Shown piece after piece: positions 1 to 9,126 of a stretch of 64,000 bases of DNA; within the stretch, counting starts at the first letter, position 1; every line of letters begins with the position of its first letter. The DNA comes from a virus. The notes under the pieces were generated by a model that did not search any database, was not told the DNA's origin, and saw nothing but the letters and a program-made list of their open reading frames with translations. The translations under genes were made by a program, and so were the position numbers. The stretch spans positions 32,001 through 96,000 of IMG/VR virus record IMGVR_UViG_3300042503_000209; one strand, given 5' to 3'.

Positions 1-252
1 TTACAAGCTGTAATGTATTGCACTTTAACCAGTATAAAATTCAGAGACTTACTAGAATCTGGATACACACTTAAGTTTCACTTTGTAGTTATAGATAGAT
101 CGTTTCAAACATATTCTTTCTATGTAAGTGAACCAACTTTAAATAGCTGGTTAGATAGAATGAATAAAGTATTAGAAGCAGCTAAGTGGCATTACGTTAA
201 TAAAAACTATACTTTACCTTACGAATTTGCAACAGGAAGTGTAGTTCTTTAA
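1..252 (+). CDS. C-terminal fragment of a PD-(D/E)XK (RecB-like) nuclease; 5' truncated
   Basis: Frame is open from base 1 (LQAVMY...), matching the Q-x-x-x-Y motif of RecB-family nucleases, followed by FHFVVID; lies in the replication block. Confidence 0.6.
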   Translation, partial: LQAVMYCTLTSIKFRDLLESGYTLKFHFVVIDRSFQTYSFYVSEPTLNSWLDRMNKVLEAAKWHYVNKNYTLPYEFATGSVVL

Positions 253-261
253 AGATTCATC

Positions 262-819
262 ATGATAGAGAGCTTATATGGTAAATATTTTCAAAAGTCT
301 AGGTCTTTTTTGTACCCAGCTTTAGGAATTAAAAAAAGCAGTAGCACTCATCCTACAGGTACTTATCTTTCTCTTGAGGGAAAGATAGGTCCTGAAGATA
401 TGAAGCTCATCTGTAGTTATAACAATTGTGAGACAGATGGTTTTAAAGCATTTGAAAACAAGATGCTGCTCACAAACCCTTTATTTGAACAAGTCATCCA
501 AGTACAGGATTATAAGCTCTATGTGTTTGATTATCAAACATATAAAGATGACTGGTTCAACTTCTTACTAGGAAAATATTCTAAGCTATCAACTGTTCTA
601 AAAAGAGCTATTAAAGTTTACTATGGAGAAAACTCTTCTGAGTATAAATACATGGATTCATACCTCTATCCTGAAAAGTACCACGGCTTGTACGCAAAAA
701 TTTTAGATGTGGATATCAAAACAATAAAGTCAAGCGGTGGTGAGTTATGTGATCCATGTAACATAGATAAAGAAACTTTAAAAATTCCAATAGAACATTT
801 GGTAGTCTTAGATAAGTAA
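262..819 (+). CDS. hypothetical phage protein (185 aa)
   Basis: ORF co-oriented and tightly packed; no recognised motif. Confidence 0.75.
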   Translation: MIESLYGKYFQKSRSFLYPALGIKKSSSTHPTGTYLSLEGKIGPEDMKLICSYNNCETDGFKAFENKMLLTNPLFEQVIQVQDYKLYVFDYQTYKDDWFNFLLGKYSKLSTVLKRAIKVYYGENSSEYKYMDSYLYPEKYHGLYAKILDVDIKTIKSSGGELCDPCNIDKETLKIPIEHLVVLDK

Positions 820-828
820 GTAAATTTG
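798..828 (+). promoter_or_regulatory. Bacteroidota sigma70-type promoter (TTTG-N19-TAAATTTG)
   Basis: TTTG at 798-801 and TAAATTTG at 821-828, matching the -33/-7 consensus TTTG...TAnnTTTG, 20 bp upstream of the ATG at 849. Confidence 0.65.
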
Positions 829-848
829 TATAAATAAAAAACCAAACA

Positions 849-1265
849 ATGAATAAATCAATGATGCTAGTTACATCTAGCTGGGGTCCACGGAAGACTT
901 TTAAACTGATCCCTATTACACCTGAAGCTATTTACAATGAAGGAATCTTTGATCCGGATAGTAAAGTGTTGGCTCTAATTGGTAAAGAAAAGAAACAATC
1001 TTTACACATGTTAGCTAAACTTAACGATCTAGGTGACCCACAAGAACTTAAGATTGGTAAAAGAGCTAACGGTAAATCATACGCAGAAGAACGCAGACAG
1101 CTAGAAAGTTTTTATGAGTATTATGTAGAGCATCCAGAAGAGATTATCAATATCATCAACATGATTGCTATTAACGCAGATTCATTTGATTACAAAGAAC
1201 ATATGGAATCACCGGCTACACCTCCTGCAGGTCTAAAGAACAGTGGTATCATCACAGAAGTATAA
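849..1265 (+). CDS. hypothetical phage protein (138 aa)
   Basis: ORF with A-rich leader, flanked by promoter and terminator. Confidence 0.75.
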   Translation: MNKSMMLVTSSWGPRKTFKLIPITPEAIYNEGIFDPDSKVLALIGKEKKQSLHMLAKLNDLGDPQELKIGKRANGKSYAEERRQLESFYEYYVEHPEEIINIINMIAINADSFDYKEHMESPATPPAGLKNSGIITEV

Positions 1266-1291
1266 GTTATCATTCCTATTAATAACCAACT

Positions 1292-1318
1292 AAAGGGGAG
1301 AGAAATCTTCCCTTTTTT
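1292..1318 (+). terminator. rho-independent terminator
   Basis: AAAGGGGAGA-GAAA-TCTTCCCTTT followed by a T run. Confidence 0.75.
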
Positions 1319-1363
1319 CAGCTTCAACAATTACGGGGGGACAGCTTAACTGAACAATCACAT

Positions 1364-3322
1364 ATGGCACAATCTGCAACACCTACTCATTGGGTTATGG
1401 ACTATGAAACAATTGTAAACTGTTTTGTAGCTGTATTCCAACATTACAAAGATGATGATATTAGTGAAGTATTTATCATTACTAAAGACCAAAACGATAC
1501 AGCTAAGTTTGTTAAATTTCTTAATAAGTGTGTATCACTAAAACAGTGGCATATATCTTATAATGGTTTAGCATTTGACGCTCAGATAAGTCAACATGTA
1601 CTTATACATCAAAAGGAATATCTTAAACTAAATGGTGAAGAAGCTGCCAAGAAGCTATATAATTATGCACAATCTGTTATAGGCAGATCTGATAGAGGTG
1701 AGTTTTTAGATTATGCACCATACAAGCTTAAAATAAGGCAGATAGATCTATTTAAAATGAATCACTGGGACAACCGTGCCAAGATGAGTAGTCTTAAATG
1801 GATACAGTATTCTATGGACTGGCAGAATGTAGAAGAGATGCCACATCATCATTATGAGCCTGTAGATACATCTGATCAACTAAGTAGTATTGTTTCTTAT
1901 TGTATTAATGACGTACTAAGTACTAAAGAAATACTCAAACATTCTACAGAACAAATACAGTTAAGACAAACTCTTACAAGAGAATATGGAATTGATCTAT
2001 ATTCTGCATCAGAACCAAGAATATCTAAAGAGTTATTCTTGTATTTCTTAAGTAAGAAGTTAAACTGGGATAAATCTGAGATCAAAACACTCAGAACTCC
2101 ACGTCAGTACATTGTCTTAGCAGACTGTATTCTTCCCTACGTAAAGTTCCAGACCCCAGAGTTCCAAAAAATCTTAGACTATTTTCGTACAAAGGTAATT
2201 ACATCTACTAAAGATGGATTTAAATATACTCTTGAAAATAGAGGTGTTAAAACTGACTACGGTCTAGGTGGTATTCATGGTGCTGCAGATGCAGGAGTTT
2301 ATCAAGCAGAAAATGGATGGACTATAATGACATCAGATGTTACATCTTTCTATCCTAATCTAGCTATCAAGAACAAGTTTCATCCTGAACACTTACCGCA
2401 AAAAGAATTTGGTGATCTATATGAATGGTTCTTTGAAGAGCGTAAAAAAATACCTAAGTCTGATCCTAAAAACTATGTCTACAAGATTATTCTTAATAGC
2501 ACATACGGTTTAACAGGTGATGAAAATAGTTTCCTGTATGATCCACGAATGACTATGCAGATTACTATCAACGGTCAGTTATTACTATCTATGCTCTATG
2601 AGATGTTGTGCTTAGCCATACCAGAAGCTATGCCTCTAATGCAAAACACAGACGGTTTAGAAATGATGATACCAACATCAGCCATTTCTAAATATATGGA
2701 AGTATGTGATAAGTGGCAGGTACTAACTCAACTTAATCTAGAGCATGATGAGTATTCTAAAATGGTTATTGGTGATGTAAATAATTACATAGCAGTAACT
2801 AAAGATGGTAAAACTAAATGCAAAGGTCGTTTTGAGTGGGAAGACTTACAGAAAAAGAAAGTTAGTGTATTCCACAAGAATAAATCTTTCTTAATTATTC
2901 CTAAAGCTATCTATGCATACTTTACAAAAGGTATAGACCCTGAGAAATTTTTAGAAGACAACCAGTCTATCTATGATTACTGTGCAGGTGTAAAAGCTAA
3001 AGGCGGATGGTATTACGAGACTCGAAGATTAGTGCATGAAAATGAAGGATCTTCTGTAGAAAAGATTAGACTACAAAAAATAGTAAGATACTATGTATCT
3101 GAAAAAGGTATAAAGCTAATGAAGTGTCACCCGGATGGACGTGAAGCTCAAGTAGAAGCAGGACCTTGGATGCAAACAGTAGTCAATGACTTAAGAGACA
3201 TTAACAAACCTCTTAGTGAATACGGCATCAACAAACAGTACTATCTGGAAAACATATACAAACAGATAGAACAGATTAACAAAGTAAAAAGAAGAAGTTT
3301 TACTCAACTGTCATTATTTTAA
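1364..3322 (+). CDS. polB: family B DNA polymerase with 3'-5' exonuclease
   Basis: ExoI DYET, ExoII YNGLAFD, ExoIII YCINDV; polymerase motifs SDVTSFYPN, KIILNSTYG, NTDG. Confidence 0.93.
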   Translation: MAQSATPTHWVMDYETIVNCFVAVFQHYKDDDISEVFIITKDQNDTAKFVKFLNKCVSLKQWHISYNGLAFDAQISQHVLIHQKEYLKLNGEEAAKKLYNYAQSVIGRSDRGEFLDYAPYKLKIRQIDLFKMNHWDNRAKMSSLKWIQYSMDWQNVEEMPHHHYEPVDTSDQLSSIVSYCINDVLSTKEILKHSTEQIQLRQTLTREYGIDLYSASEPRISKELFLYFLSKKLNWDKSEIKTLRTPRQYIVLADCILPYVKFQTPEFQKILDYFRTKVITSTKDGFKYTLENRGVKTDYGLGGIHGAADAGVYQAENGWTIMTSDVTSFYPNLAIKNKFHPEHLPQKEFGDLYEWFFEERKKIPKSDPKNYVYKIILNSTYGLTGDENSFLYDPRMTMQITINGQLLLSMLYEMLCLAIPEAMPLMQNTDGLEMMIPTSAISKYMEVCDKWQVLTQLNLEHDEYSKMVIGDVNNYIAVTKDGKTKCKGRFEWEDLQKKKVSVFHKNKSFLIIPKAIYAYFTKGIDPEKFLEDNQSIYDYCAGVKAKGGWYYETRRLVHENEGSSVEKIRLQKIVRYYVSEKGIKLMKCHPDGREAQVEAGPWMQTVVNDLRDINKPLSEYGINKQYYLENIYKQIEQINKVKRRSFTQLSLF

Positions 3323-3333
3323 AAACCAAACTT

Positions 3334-4152
3334 ATGCCAATTAAAACAGAGTTCACAACTGAACAAAGAATTAGACTAGCCTCTTTACCTAACCACGGTA
3401 AAAGCTATGCTGTTATACCTCACAGTTATGTAATTGATGAGACTAAAAAAGAATTAGCTGCTGCAGGATTTACAATTTCTAACGAGCTATACAAGACTAA
3501 TCTAAATGGAGAAGTAGCACAAGGTATCTACCATTTAAATTACGGTAATGACCAAGATATGGGTCTAATGTTTGCATGGTCAAACTCATATAACAAAATG
3601 ATGAGATTTAAATGTGCAGTAGGTGCACAAGTATTTGTATGTATGAACGGTATGGTATCTGGAGACATCGGTAACTACGCCAGAAAACATACAGGCACTG
3701 CATTATCAGATGCTACACAAACTATTCAATATCAGATATCTAAAGCTAAGGAACACTATGATAACTTAGTTGCTGATAAAGAAACATTTAAACAGATCAT
3801 ACTAACCAAAAAAGAACAAGCATCTATTATTGGTCAGCTATATGCAGATCAAGAAATATTAACCTTGTCACAAGTTGGTATAGTTAAGCGTGAACTAGAT
3901 ACTCCTAGTTATTTATATAATGCATCTGCTGACTCAGCATGGAGTTTATATAATCATATTACATACGCACTAAAAGATTCTCATCCTATGAGATATCTTA
4001 GTGATCATCAAAAGGTGCATACATTTTTCTTAACTAATTTGTCTTCACAAACAGCAGTACCTGCTATAGAAGAAGATGTAGTAGAAGAACAAGAAACGTT
4101 ATCTTACTTTGAAGAGGTAGAAAGACCAATATTTGGTGTAACCTTTTTATAA
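3334..4152 (+). CDS. DUF932-like phage protein
   Basis: NSYN...GAQVFVCMNGMV...RKHTG and W-x-LYN-x-x-T motifs typical of DUF932; acidic C-terminal tail. Confidence 0.65.
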   Translation: MPIKTEFTTEQRIRLASLPNHGKSYAVIPHSYVIDETKKELAAAGFTISNELYKTNLNGEVAQGIYHLNYGNDQDMGLMFAWSNSYNKMMRFKCAVGAQVFVCMNGMVSGDIGNYARKHTGTALSDATQTIQYQISKAKEHYDNLVADKETFKQIILTKKEQASIIGQLYADQEILTLSQVGIVKRELDTPSYLYNASADSAWSLYNHITYALKDSHPMRYLSDHQKVHTFFLTNLSSQTAVPAIEEDVVEEQETLSYFEEVERPIFGVTFL

Positions 4153-4157
4153 ACTAG

Positions 4158-4194
4158 AACAAGTAGGATGTAGAAATGCATCCTACTTGTTTTT
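4158..4194 (+). terminator. rho-independent terminator
   Basis: AACAAGTAGGATGTA-GAAA-TGCATCCTACTTGTT followed by TTT. Confidence 0.8.
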
Positions 4195-4206
4195 AAATTT
4201 AAATAT

Positions 4207-4542
4207 ATGAACTACTATATATTAAACGAAGATAAAACATTTACAATGTTACCTGATGGAGAATATCCAAAAGAAGAAGTATTTACAGATCCACGTATTG
4301 CACTTAATGTAATAGGTGACCAAAGAATATCTACAGTGTTTTTACACTTTGATCATGGTCTTAACTTTGGGCAAAAAGATAAAGTTTATCCACCAGTATT
4401 ATTTGAGTCTATGATATTTAAAGGTCCACATGATCAGTATCAACGTAGATACCATACTTATGACGAAGCTTTAGAAGGACACAATAACTTAGTTAAAGCT
4501 TTAGAAGAGGAAAAACATCCTGACTTTTACTTTAACGATTAA
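4207..4542 (+). CDS. conserved hypothetical phage protein (111 aa)
   Basis: STVFL..DH...P.LFESMIF.G...YQRRY.T..EA..GH pattern seen in small phage proteins. Confidence 0.7.
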   Translation: MNYYILNEDKTFTMLPDGEYPKEEVFTDPRIALNVIGDQRISTVFLHFDHGLNFGQKDKVYPPVLFESMIFKGPHDQYQRRYHTYDEALEGHNNLVKALEEEKHPDFYFND

Positions 4543-4554
4543 ACTTAACACAAA

Positions 4555-5154
4555 ATGATTATAGGAATTTCAGGATACTCTGGATCTGGAAAAGATCTAG
4601 TGGGTACTATTATACAAGAGATTAGCCTAAACAAATGGCATATTAAGAAGTGGGCTGGTAAACTAAAAACCATTGCTTCTATACTTACAGGTATTCCTGT
4701 AGAAAACTTTGAGGATCAAGAGTTTAAAAAAACATTATTAGGTCCTGAATGGGGTACAGTTAAAGATATTCCTTTAAATAGTGTACCAGCATTTGCTGAC
4801 ATGCAGTTTAATAGTTTAATAACTGTTAGAGACTTTCTACAAAAACTAGGTACAGAAGCTATCAGAGATAGCTTGCATGAAAATACTTGGGTAAATGCTA
4901 CTATGGTTGATTATACAGTTGAATCTAACTGGATTATTACAGATACACGTTTTCCTAATGAAGCAGAAGCTATTAAAAAAGCCGGTGGTATTGTTGTCCG
5001 TATAAACAGACCAGGTGTACAACCTATTAATCCACATCCATCTGAAACTAGTCTTGATGACTGGAACTTTGATGCTGTAATTAATAACGATGGTGATGTA
5101 TCAGATATTGTACACAAAGTTGGCTTATTACTTTACAGACATAATATTAAATAA
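4555..5154 (+). CDS. deoxynucleoside monophosphate kinase
   Basis: P-loop GYSGSGKD, RDFLQKLGTE, ITDTRFPNE, HPSE motifs of T4 gp1-like dNMP kinases. Confidence 0.88.
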   Translation: MIIGISGYSGSGKDLVGTIIQEISLNKWHIKKWAGKLKTIASILTGIPVENFEDQEFKKTLLGPEWGTVKDIPLNSVPAFADMQFNSLITVRDFLQKLGTEAIRDSLHENTWVNATMVDYTVESNWIITDTRFPNEAEAIKKAGGIVVRINRPGVQPINPHPSETSLDDWNFDAVINNDGDVSDIVHKVGLLLYRHNIK

Positions 5155-6008
5155 TGAAGATCATTCATCAAAAAACTAAAACTTTAATCACCCGAGACAA
5201 TGGAAGAAGTTCAGACGCAGTTAGTCCGAACTTCATCTATGGGTGTTTAGGTGGTTGTATGAATTCCTATTGTTATGTAGGTAGATATAACCATGATAAA
5301 GTGTATGTAAATGAAAATACAGATGATATTCTACACTCTGTTTATGATTGGCTAGTAACTAAACCATGGCCTAAAGTTCCTAATCAGTGTGACGAAAAGT
5401 ATTACACTATAGATATAGGCTGCAGTACTGATGTAGCTTTAATGAGTAAACATTATAACTGGCAAAATGTATTTGATTGGTTTGATTTTCACAAAATGGC
5501 TAAGAGTACATTTGCTACCAAGTATCCCACTATGTTTCTTCCTAATGAAAAGTTTGTATTTCATCCGGATAAACACCGGATCAGGGTAAGTCTGATGCCT
5601 CAGCTTTATTCTGATGTATTAGAACCAGGTACAGATACTATAGAAGAACGTATTTGGAGTATACCTAGGTTACAGCAGTATATGGAAGTACATATTAACT
5701 TTAGCCCAATTGTTTATACAGATGGTTGGTTACATGAGTACCGTAAACTATTTCAACAACTAAAAGCTGCTAATGTAGATGTTAAGTGTGAATGTATATT
5801 TCTTACACACAACGTACATCAACATGAGCGTAACTCTGATATAGTAAGAGATCTACTCTGGCGTCCTGACATACAAGAATCTAAAGATTCTCAGTATGCT
5901 GCTGACAATATTCGTTACCAGTGGCAGCTTAAGAAAGAAATGATCAATCAGTTTACTAAACTTTACTCAGAGTTCTTTGATCCCGCTAACATTAGATATA
6001 TATTTTAA
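5154..6008 (+). CDS. spore photoproduct lyase-like radical SAM protein
   Basis: GCLGGCMNSYCY Cys cluster, DIGCSTD, FATKY, RIRVSLMP, ERI, HINFSPIV, RY motifs of the SplB family. Confidence 0.8.
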   Translation: MKIIHQKTKTLITRDNGRSSDAVSPNFIYGCLGGCMNSYCYVGRYNHDKVYVNENTDDILHSVYDWLVTKPWPKVPNQCDEKYYTIDIGCSTDVALMSKHYNWQNVFDWFDFHKMAKSTFATKYPTMFLPNEKFVFHPDKHRIRVSLMPQLYSDVLEPGTDTIEERIWSIPRLQQYMEVHINFSPIVYTDGWLHEYRKLFQQLKAANVDVKCECIFLTHNVHQHERNSDIVRDLLWRPDIQESKDSQYAADNIRYQWQLKKEMINQFTKLYSEFFDPANIRYIF

Positions 6009-6010
6009 CT

Positions 6011-6127
6011 ATGAAACTCATTGTAAAAGAAGGAAGCTATGAAGCTGATACCCTATGGGGTATAATAGTAGAAGTCTTGAAACACAGATTTTGGCATCTT
6101 AGAAAACACGGTAAATGGATGGACTAA
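6011..6127 (+). CDS. small hypothetical protein (38 aa; not in ORF track)
   Basis: MKLIVKEGSYEADTLWGIIVEVLKHRFWHLRKHGKWMD*; fills the gap and is TAATG-coupled to the next gene. Confidence 0.6.
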   Translation: MKLIVKEGSYEADTLWGIIVEVLKHRFWHLRKHGKWMD

Positions 6128-6354
6128 TGAAAAGACAAACTCCTGTAGAAAGACTAGCAGACTATGTACGGTCAAGGTATGAAACAACTGAAGTGTTTAA
6201 CAATCTGGTAACCAATCTGTTACATAGAGAAATGCTACAACGTGTTGAAGACTACAATGCAGGTCATGCTGATGGTCTATGCAATCATGTTAATGATGCT
6301 ACCAATTATATAAACGAACAAAACTATTTAAAAGATGAAGATACTACACATTAG
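6127..6354 (+). CDS. hypothetical protein (start likely ATG 6127, MKRQTPVER)
   Basis: ORF; TAATG overlap with the upstream small gene. Confidence 0.65.
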   Translation: MKRQTPVERLADYVRSRYETTEVFNNLVTNLLHREMLQRVEDYNAGHADGLCNHVNDATNYINEQNYLKDEDTTH

Positions 6355-7024
6355 TGATACCCATGGGTTCCATTATCAATTTCCTGAAACAACTTGGGAT
6401 GGTGTTGATGTAGTAGTCCATAGTGGAGATTGTTCTAATTACTATGATGTATTTAGAAACGAACAGGAAGTATGGGATTTTATTGACTGGTATAAAGGTG
6501 TACCCGTAAAGTATAAAATATACGTAGCGGGTAACCATGACACCTCTATAGAAAGGAAACGAATAACAAAAAAGGATTTTGAAGAACGTGGTCTCATCTA
6601 CTTGGAAGATAGCTTTGTAAATATAGACGGAGTTAAGTTTTATGGCACACCTATTACACCTACATTTGGTCAATGGGCATTCATGAAAGCCAGAGATAAA
6701 ACTCACCATGTATGGGAAGCTATCCCAGAAGACACCGGGGTCTTAATTGTCCATGGTCCTCCTAAAAGCATACGAGACTTATCGTATGACAGACATGGAC
6801 AGCTAGAGTTCTGTGGAGATAATGCACTTCTAAAGAGATGTATGGCTCTAAAGAACACATTAAAGTTTATGTGTTTTGGTCATATTCACAATATGGATGG
6901 AGTTTTAAACCAGGGAACTTCTACCTTTGCTACAACACAAACTGTCTTTTCTAACGCAGCTTGTGTAGACGATGGTAGGTTTGACCGAGGCTTAACTTCT
7001 TTTGGTAATGTCCTAGAAATTTAA
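6335..7024 (+). CDS. calcineurin-like metallophosphoesterase (MPPED/239FB-like)
   Basis: SDTH, HSGD, AGNHD, HGPP, FGHIH motifs. Confidence 0.9.
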   Translation: MKILHISDTHGFHYQFPETTWDGVDVVVHSGDCSNYYDVFRNEQEVWDFIDWYKGVPVKYKIYVAGNHDTSIERKRITKKDFEERGLIYLEDSFVNIDGVKFYGTPITPTFGQWAFMKARDKTHHVWEAIPEDTGVLIVHGPPKSIRDLSYDRHGQLEFCGDNALLKRCMALKNTLKFMCFGHIHNMDGVLNQGTSTFATTQTVFSNAACVDDGRFDRGLTSFGNVLEI

Positions 7025-7042
7025 TAACTTTAATAAGTAACT

Positions 7043-7270
7043 ATGAAAGATTTATGTGTATCATGCGGTGCAGAAACCGCATACGAAGTGTCTACTCATG
7101 TTGATATGAGGAACGCATATATAGAAGGTGTAGGCCAACTATGTAGTAAATGTTTTACCTCTGGTACCAATCGTAATCATATTCTTGTACCAGAAGTCAC
7201 AATCATTAACACACCAAACAATAGTGAGCTTGGTGCTAAAGTGAGGGAGATCTATCATGAAACGAAGTGA
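7043..7270 (+). CDS. small Zn-finger-like protein
   Basis: CVSC...CSKC pairs. Confidence 0.6.
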   Translation: MKDLCVSCGAETAYEVSTHVDMRNAYIEGVGQLCSKCFTSGTNRNHILVPEVTIINTPNNSELGAKVREIYHETK

Positions 7271-7511
7271 TGATCTTGTTAAAACTCTTATTGACCAAAT
7301 GTTCATCATAGCAGGGCATGAGCTCCGCTATGATGACGTTATTGGTAGAAAAGATAACTGGTTTCAGCAATACACTATGACAGAAACTCAAAGAGATGAG
7401 TGGAAAGAATGGGGTATATCTTATATTCGTAAAAAGAAACGATGGAGTAAAAAGCTAGCTGAAAGAGAGATGGCTTTTCTAGATCTTTATTGTGGATTAA
7501 AAACAGCTTAA
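7257..7511 (+). CDS. hypothetical protein (84 aa)
   Basis: ORF in operon. Confidence 0.65.
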   Translation: MKRSDDLVKTLIDQMFIIAGHELRYDDVIGRKDNWFQQYTMTETQRDEWKEWGISYIRKKKRWSKKLAEREMAFLDLYCGLKTA

Positions 7512-7512
7512 C

Positions 7513-7773
7513 ATGAAAAAATACATAAGTGCAGTGCTTAGTATAGGCACTGTAGGTATACTATTTTATACACTCTTTGATTTAAGACAACAAGTTAGCT
7601 CTTTAAAAAAAGAGTTAGTAGTTGTTACGGCTCAAAAAGATAGTTTGTATGATGAAAATTTTATAAAGCATGTACAGCTTGATAGGTATGAATTATCAGT
7701 AGATTATTTACTGACTAAAAATCCTAACGCTGCTTTACAATTAATAAATTATATGAACCATGAAACGGAATAA
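7513..7773 (+). CDS. small membrane-anchored coiled-coil protein
   Basis: N-terminal hydrophobic helix then a heptad-like segment. Confidence 0.6.
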   Translation: MKKYISAVLSIGTVGILFYTLFDLRQQVSSLKKELVVVTAQKDSLYDENFIKHVQLDRYELSVDYLLTKNPNAALQLINYMNHETE

Positions 7774-7864
7774 ATGGAACTGGGACTTTATCTTTGTATG
7801 GATAGTAATAGCTGCTACAAGTTTTACTCTTTGGTACAATATTATAAAGTTCTTTACACGATAA
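7760..7864 (+). CDS. small membrane peptide (34 aa; not in ORF track)
   Basis: MKRNKWNWDFIFVWIVIAATSFTLWYNIIKFFTR*; fills the gap; single TM helix. Confidence 0.55.
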   Translation: MKRNKWNWDFIFVWIVIAATSFTLWYNIIKFFTR

Positions 7865-7867
7865 ACC

Positions 7868-8134
7868 ATGAATAATTTTATATACAGACTTACAAGACTT
7901 AACGATGGTCTTGTTAAAGAAGGTACACAACTAGCTTGGATTAATTACAAACTAACTGGTAACTCAATATATAAAAGAATAGCAAAAGGTAGAGGTTTAG
8001 TTATTTATAGAAGCATGGGAAGCTATTGGCAAACTACACTAGTCCAGTCTTATAAAAAACTAGAAGATGGTACAATAATGTTTACTACAGAAAATAGTGA
8101 TTATAAATTAGAAAAAATAAAGAAAGAAAAATGA
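7868..8134 (+). CDS. hypothetical protein (88 aa)
   Basis: ORF; C-terminal WQTT...F.TENS.Y.L pattern common in small phage proteins. Confidence 0.65.
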   Translation: MNNFIYRLTRLNDGLVKEGTQLAWINYKLTGNSIYKRIAKGRGLVIYRSMGSYWQTTLVQSYKKLEDGTIMFTTENSDYKLEKIKKEK

Positions 8135-9126
8135 GCTTAGAAGACAAGAAAAAAAACATTTTTGAACCTAGAGTAAACATCCTACCCTATGAGTATCCAC
8201 AACTATTAGCATACAAAGATGCTATCCGTCACTCATATTGGATTGATACTGAGTACAACTTTACTACAGACATTGACGACTTTAGAGTCAAGGTGACTGA
8301 TGAGGAAAGAGAAGTGATCAAAAGAACAATGCTAGCCATTGCTCAGATTGAAGTTAACGTTAAGACCTTTTGGGCTGACTTGTATAAGAGAATGCCTATC
8401 ACTGAGATCGGTGATGTAGGCATGACGTTTGCAGAGTCTGAGGTGAGACACAAAGATGCTTATGCTAGACTACTTAGAATCTTAGGATTAGAAGAAGAGT
8501 TTAGAACAGTAATTGAAATACCAGCTATTGAGGGTAGAATCAAATACCTAAAGAAGTATCTTGACGGATCTCGTAGTAAAGACAATAAGATGTACACCAA
8601 AAGTGTTCTTCTTTTCTCTCTGTTCATTGAGCACGTAAGCTTATTCAGCCAGTTCTTGATCATGATGTCTTTCAACAAAGAGAAGAACTTATTCAAAGGT
8701 ATCTCTAACGTGGTAGAAGCTACTTCTAAAGAAGAGGATATCCACGGTAACTTTGGAGCTGAGCTGATTAATATAGTCAGATCAGAAAACCCAGAATGGT
8801 TTGACGAAGAGTTTGAAGAACTAATTTATTCTGCTTGTAACAAAGCTTACATTGCAGAGTGTGACATCTTAGACTGGATCTTTGAAAAAGGTGAGCTTGA
8901 CTTTCTTCCTAAAGAAAACATTAGACAGTTTATTATGAACAGGTTTAATAACTCTCTTGCAAAGATTGGTATGAAACCATTGTTCTATGTAGAGAATACC
9001 TTACTAGAACAGACTCATTGGTTTGACGTAGAGATTACAGCTACTAAAGAAGGGGACTTCTTTTACAAGAAACAAATTGATTACAATAAAAAATCTAAAG
9101 CAATCACAGAAGATGACCTATTCTAA
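8131..9126 (+). CDS. nrdB: ribonucleotide reductase beta subunit (class I, subclass Id-like)
   Basis: Ferritin-like ligands QIE74, E104xxH107, radical Y111, IEHVSLFSQF, EEDIH; C-terminal DFF. Confidence 0.92.
   Translation: MSLEDKKKNIFEPRVNILPYEYPQLLAYKDAIRHSYWIDTEYNFTTDIDDFRVKVTDEEREVIKRTMLAIAQIEVNVKTFWADLYKRMPITEIGDVGMTFAESEVRHKDAYARLLRILGLEEEFRTVIEIPAIEGRIKYLKKYLDGSRSKDNKMYTKSVLLFSLFIEHVSLFSQFLIMMSFNKEKNLFKGISNVVEATSKEEDIHGNFGAELINIVRSENPEWFDEEFEELIYSACNKAYIAECDILDWIFEKGELDFLPKENIRQFIMNRFNNSLAKIGMKPLFYVENTLLEQTHWFDVEITATKEGDFFYKKQIDYNKKSKAITEDDLF

Noticed and set aside
1266-1363. tRNA or riboswitch in the intergenic gap before polB
   Set aside because: Only a terminator and a tiny CAG-CTTAA-CTG hairpin; no cloverleaf or known aptamer
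7513-7864. Spanin/holin lysis cassette
   Set aside because: Two small membrane proteins but no lipobox or adjacent endolysin, and they sit in the replication block
9077-9112. Upstream TTG start for nrdA
   Set aside because: ATG at 9113 overlapping the nrdB end is more plausible
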